Assembly: GCA_964016885.1 (NCBI GenBank)
Contig: OZ024755.1
Location: forward strand, 25,606,001 to 25,670,000
DNA: 64,000 nt
Reading direction: 5' to 3'
Source: Eledone cirrhosa
Lineage: Eukaryota
Shown piece after piece: positions 58,776-64,000 of the stretch. The position numbers were made by a program, and so were the translations under genes. The notes beneath the pieces were generated by a model. That model ran no database searches, had not been told where the DNA came from, and saw nothing but the letters and a program-made list of their open reading frames with translations. The stretch's first letter is position 1, and the number at the start of each line of letters is the position of its first letter.

Positions 58776-59182
58776 GATTTCTACTATAGGCACAAGGCCA
58801 GTAATTTGGGGGCGGGGACAGTCGATTTAATCTACCCCAGTGCCTTACTTTATTTTATCGACCCCGTAAGGATGAAAGGCAAAGTTAACCTCGGCGGGAT
58901 TTGAACTCAGATCATAAACGGGCGTAACTCTATGCTGCAAAGCATGGCGTCTGATGCTCTACTGATACTGCCAATTCACCCGCCCTGAAAGGAGTAAATA
59001 TTTGTTTCTACTTTAGGCACAAGGCCAGCAATTACCCAGTTCATTACTGGTACTTTATTTTATCGACCCCCGTAAGGATGAAAGGCAAAGTCAACCTCGG
59101 CGGGATTTGAACTCAGATCGTAAAGGGACGTAACTATGCTGGAAAGCATGGCGTCCGACCCTCTACCGATAGTGCCAATCCA
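58776..59182 (-). mobile_element. SINE dimer (long and short form)
   Basis: Family match present twice. Confidence 0.9.
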
Positions 59183-59486
59183 CAAATGTTGACCAGGAAT
59201 ATAGCTGTATCTGTCACGTGAAGTGTGGATAAAATGACGACATTTAGAGTTCAGAAAACTTTTCTTTCGAAGTTATTTTCACAAGCTGTCCCAACAGGGT
59301 GGGGGAGACAGAGAGAAAGCAATGGAGGGAAGGAGGAATGAAGAAAGAAGAAAATGAAAGTGAGAAAGAGAAAGAGATATAGAGGAAGAATCCACCCAGT
59401 ACTTGACTGGTACTTTATTTAGTGACCTCGAAAGGACGAAAGGATGGAAGTCAAAGTTGACCTAAGCGTTATTCAACTCAGAACGA

Positions 59487-59535
<49 letters not shown>

Positions 59536-59558
59536 TATATATTATATATATATATATT

Positions 59559-59611
<53 letters not shown>

Positions 59612-59619
59612 AAATATAT

Positions 59620-59719
<100 letters not shown>

Positions 59720-60251
59720 CGGAATATCAGAAAACAAAAAAAACAACAGAGAAATGTTACAAATATTATTAGTTTCACACTTGGTGAGAGTGGGGGCGTG
59801 TATATGGAACATAGAAACACATATGATATATATGTATAACATATATATGCGTGTGGTGGTGAGTGTGTTTGGGCATAACAATTTTACATTGTGCTCAAGT
59901 TTTGTCTTTTTATTTATTAAGGATTTTTCATATTTTCACATTGGTTCTTTAGATTTGGTTGGAAAACATTAAGAGATACGTTATTTTAGGAAGGTATTTA
60001 TTCTAAACTAAACATAGAATAATTAAGAAGGAAATACGAAAATTACATAATAAAAAAGATAAACCACCAACACAGTTGTAACTTTTCTCTCAAACATGGA
60101 GATATTGAAAACACAACTGAGTTGGAGGTATATCTTTCTTAAATATTTTTCTTGTTTCCTTATTAGTTCTCTTATATCTAGTTTGGAACTGAGTTCAAAT
60201 CCCAACCATTTTTACTATTCTATAATGCTTCAAACTAACTTCAACACTCTC

Positions 60252-60352
<101 letters not shown>

Positions 60353-61921
60353 CGCCCCCCACTTCCACCAAGTGTGAACCTAATATAACTGTGCCTCCTG
60401 TGTTTTGTTCGTTTATTTTCAATTATATATATATATATATATACAAACAGACATATATTGAAATGAGATAAATGATAAGTGGGAAGTATTTTTAAAGAAA
60501 GAATAAAAAAAAATATTAGCAACTTACCATTGTCAACGGTGAGAGTAAAATTAAACATTTTGTTAATGGTGGAAGTAGATAGAGCTTTGATGACAACACG
60601 TCTCAAAACTGAACTATGTCAGTGGTGAATACTACTACTTAATGTACGAGTGATGGATGGCTAATTTACGAGACGAATGATGACTTCTCTAGTCAAATAA
60701 TGACTACTTTTCTGGGCGAATGTTAACGCCTTGTCTTTATCAAGAGTCAGTGACACACAGACACACAGAGCTGTCAATCAACGTATCAAAGATCAAATTT
60801 CCATTGTTTCCACGTTTATCCCTTTTGATACGAAAATACCCGAATCCACCCTTGGTTTTAATGAGACAAAACTACTTATTTCAATGGGTTTATATTTACC
60901 TAAAACTATTTAATAATTATTGTACTGGGTAATTGCTGGCCTTGTGCCAAAAGTAGAAACAATTATTTATATTAAAACTTTTGTTAAATTCTTGAGTATT
61001 TTCAAAATTGTTTGAAAATCATGGCCAGTATAGCCATAAGAAATACGATTTAAGATAGCAAGAAAAGACCTTATATGGCAGTGAGACCAAAACAAATCAA
61101 TAAATATTTATTTAAATAAAAAACATATGAAAAAATTAAGCCACCCACCATCTTTAGTAAAATATTTATATTTATAAAATTAGATTTAAAGGTATAAAGT
61201 ATACAAAATTAAACTCAAACACATATACACATATACATATACTTACATGTAGATATACATATGCTTGCACACACATACATGCTTTAAACCACGTATACAC
61301 AAATACCTTCAGTAAACTATTCATTCGAATACACATACACATAAATAAACCCATACATAGAAATACACACACATACATATATATACTTGCGTGTATATAT
61401 ATACACGCAAGTAATAAACAGCTTCCTACCACCACCACCACCACCACCACCACTACCACCACTACTACCACTATCATCACCACTACCACTAGCATCATCA
61501 CCACCACCTCCACCAGTAGCACCACTACTACCACCACTACCACCACCATCACCACCACCACTACAATCCCCACCATCACCATCACTTACACCATCACCAC
61601 CATCACCACCACCACCGCCACCACCACTACAATCCCCACCATCACCACTACCACCATCACCATCACCATCACCCTTACCATCACCGCCACCACCACCACT
61701 ATCGCCACTACCACCACCACCACCACCATCACCTCCGCCTCCACCACCACACCCCCACCACTACCACAGTCATCACCACATACAGTCTTTGTCTATATGT
61801 AGCTTCAACACTTAATATTGAGAAACACCGGAAATAGCGAGAAAATCTAATCCCTAACAATTAACCCTAAACACGGATTATACACAAATTCTTGAAATCT
61901 TTTCCTCTATTATTCTTTTAA

Positions 61922-62080
61922 TTGTTTCACTCATAGACAGTGGCCATGCTGGGGCACCGTTTTGAACGGATTTCGTCGATCATATCAACCGCAATACTCT
62001 CTTTTCTTTTCTTTTTCAAATCTGGTACTTATTTCATTTATCTCTTTGTTGCAGAACCGCTAAATTGTGGGACAAACATA
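61922..62080 (-). mobile_element. Different SINE-like family, diverged
   Basis: TGTTTCA..GGCCATGCTGGGGCACCG..CTGGTACTTATT..GAACCGCTAA resembles an abundant octopus repeat as I recall it. Other recalled SINE relics are at 21205-21326 and 42680-42790. Confidence 0.5.
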
Positions 62081-62968
62081 GGCATATTATCTGGTCTGCT
62101 CTGGTCTGCTGTACCTCTCTCTCTCTCTATATATATATATGTGTGTGTTTCTCTGTCTATCCTTCTCTGGAAGACAGTGTTAAGACCCGAAGATAGATAG
62201 GCTCTGCCAAGTTTTAATGCCCATGATCACGTCCTTATGACGTCCCTATACATGCATTATATATTTCGGCGGAAAAATTCTACGAAAGAAGATGTGAAAA
62301 TTTAATAAAAGGAAAAGAGAAATTATAATAGATAGTTTTAAGTGAACAGATGGTAGATTTTTATTGAAAGTTATTTTCTACTTCTTTAAGTGGTTGTTAA
62401 AAGGGTCAAACAACTTCGGGGGGGGGGGGGGGTCAAATGACCTCATGAGAGGGTCAATGACCTCGTGAGGCGACAAATGATACCTAGAGGGATAACGAAC
62501 GGAGTGTGATTAAATGTACACTACTAATATAGATGTTTTTGTAGATATTATTTGTAGATATCTTAACTATTAACATCCTGTAATGATTTAGCAGAAAATA
62601 TATAAAAATGGGTTTGTTAATTCAGATGTTTATAGAATTTTCACTGCTGGACGGATTGCTGAAGAAATTTGCAGTATTAAAATAAAGACTTTAATTGTTC
62701 ATGTGATGTTCTTAGAATGTTATTTGAGAATTTCCAAATATTTCTTTCTAATACAGTTTCATGTGGTACAGGATGTTAAGAGTTAAGGCATTGTTTTTCA
62801 GTGAATAATATACACACACACACGTATATACACACATACACGTATATACATACATGTATATATATATACACACACACATACATACACACAGATACATACA
62901 CATATATATAGAGAAAAAGTTGAGAAGTATGAATAGGGTTCTGAGTGGGGGATGTACATACATACATA

Positions 62969-63266
62969 CGTTTTCGAGTACGGCCACTACTTTATATCCA
63001 TGTAGGAGAACCCCTACCGATGCGCTGAACGGGTGTGGCTTTTTGGTCCAGCCAGCGACTTGAAAACTCTGGTACAAACACTACACTTGTGACAATTATT
63101 GACACATAGTGCTGGGCCCATGGTACCATGTGACGACAAGTGCAGAGAGATAGCAATGCCTGTGTCGTGAAGCTTTTATAGTGAACAAAGGCACTGCACA
63201 AAGCCAGTCCCACTCTCTTAACCAAGCTGATATTTACCAAAAAGAAGATCAAGTCAACATCATTGA
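62969..63266 (-). mobile_element. Second copy of the 46936-47245 repeat
   Basis: Direct sequence match with a small indel. Confidence 0.75.
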
Positions 63267-63311
63267 CATACTTACATACACAGACACAGACACAACTATA
63301 TATGAATATGC

Positions 63312-63393
<82 letters not shown>

Positions 63394-63547
63394 GTATGTA
63401 TATATATATATTCTTCTTTCGACAAACTCATATTTAATCTGTTAGGCAAAGAAATTATACTTAGTTATAAATAGTGATATTTCCAACTCTCGAATCTTGA
63501 ATAATCCCCCCCCCCCACATACATACATACATACATACATACATACA

Positions 63548-63579
<32 letters not shown>

Positions 63580-63707
63580 AAACACATTATAGTCAGATAT
63601 GTGAGACATGAACATTATCATCTCATTGTTACAATGTAAAACAAGAGTTTTACGATTTATTACTAGTTAATGTCTTGAAGATTATAAGTTCCACCCACAT
63701 TGTGTGA

Positions 63708-63752
<45 letters not shown>

Positions 63753-64000
63753 AATATGATAATAATGGAGCTGCGGCGCTGTAAATGGTTTTCATATGAA
63801 AAAGTTTGTCCTCATCAGTGGCCATCCAACCGTCGTAGGCATTTCGTCGCATTAAAGGCCATATACCTCAGGTTGGTGCGAGCAACGGCTAAAAAAAGTC
63901 GTTGGGACACGTAAATAAAGGGGACGCTAGGGTAAACAAACAAAATGGTTTAAGCAGCAAAAAGTGATGAAGAAGGAAACAAGTCCCAGATTTCTATGAA

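Noticed and set aside
60607-60900. Long coding exon in a unique island
   Set aside because: All three minus-strand frames contain stops. Only the donor at 60528 is credible, so the island may be UTR or decayed sequence.

Overview
AT-rich, microsatellite-saturated eukaryotic genomic DNA. The SINE families look like those I recall from octopus genomes, so a cephalopod origin is an inference. Almost all long ORFs in the track are translations of (TA)n, (CA)n, (ACC)n, (GTA)n or (GAA)n repeats and are not genes. The window holds about 25-30 copies of a tRNA-derived SINE, fragments of RTE, Tx1/L1 and R4/NeSL-type LINEs, a hAT-like MITE, Helitron-like ends and several minisatellites. It also has one credible minus-strand transmembrane terminal exon and a few weak candidate exons. 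The main hidden signal is about 20 type-I hammerhead ribozyme (HHR) motifs from many sequence families, some complete and some decayed. They sit in short elements flanked by (TA)n tracts that often form long fold-back palindromes, as expected for pLTR remnants or non-autonomous derivatives of Penelope-like elements (PLEs). In two families the palindrome axis coincides with ribozyme stem II, which suggests the hairpin primed the inversion. All structures were paired by eye, and no folding or database search was run.
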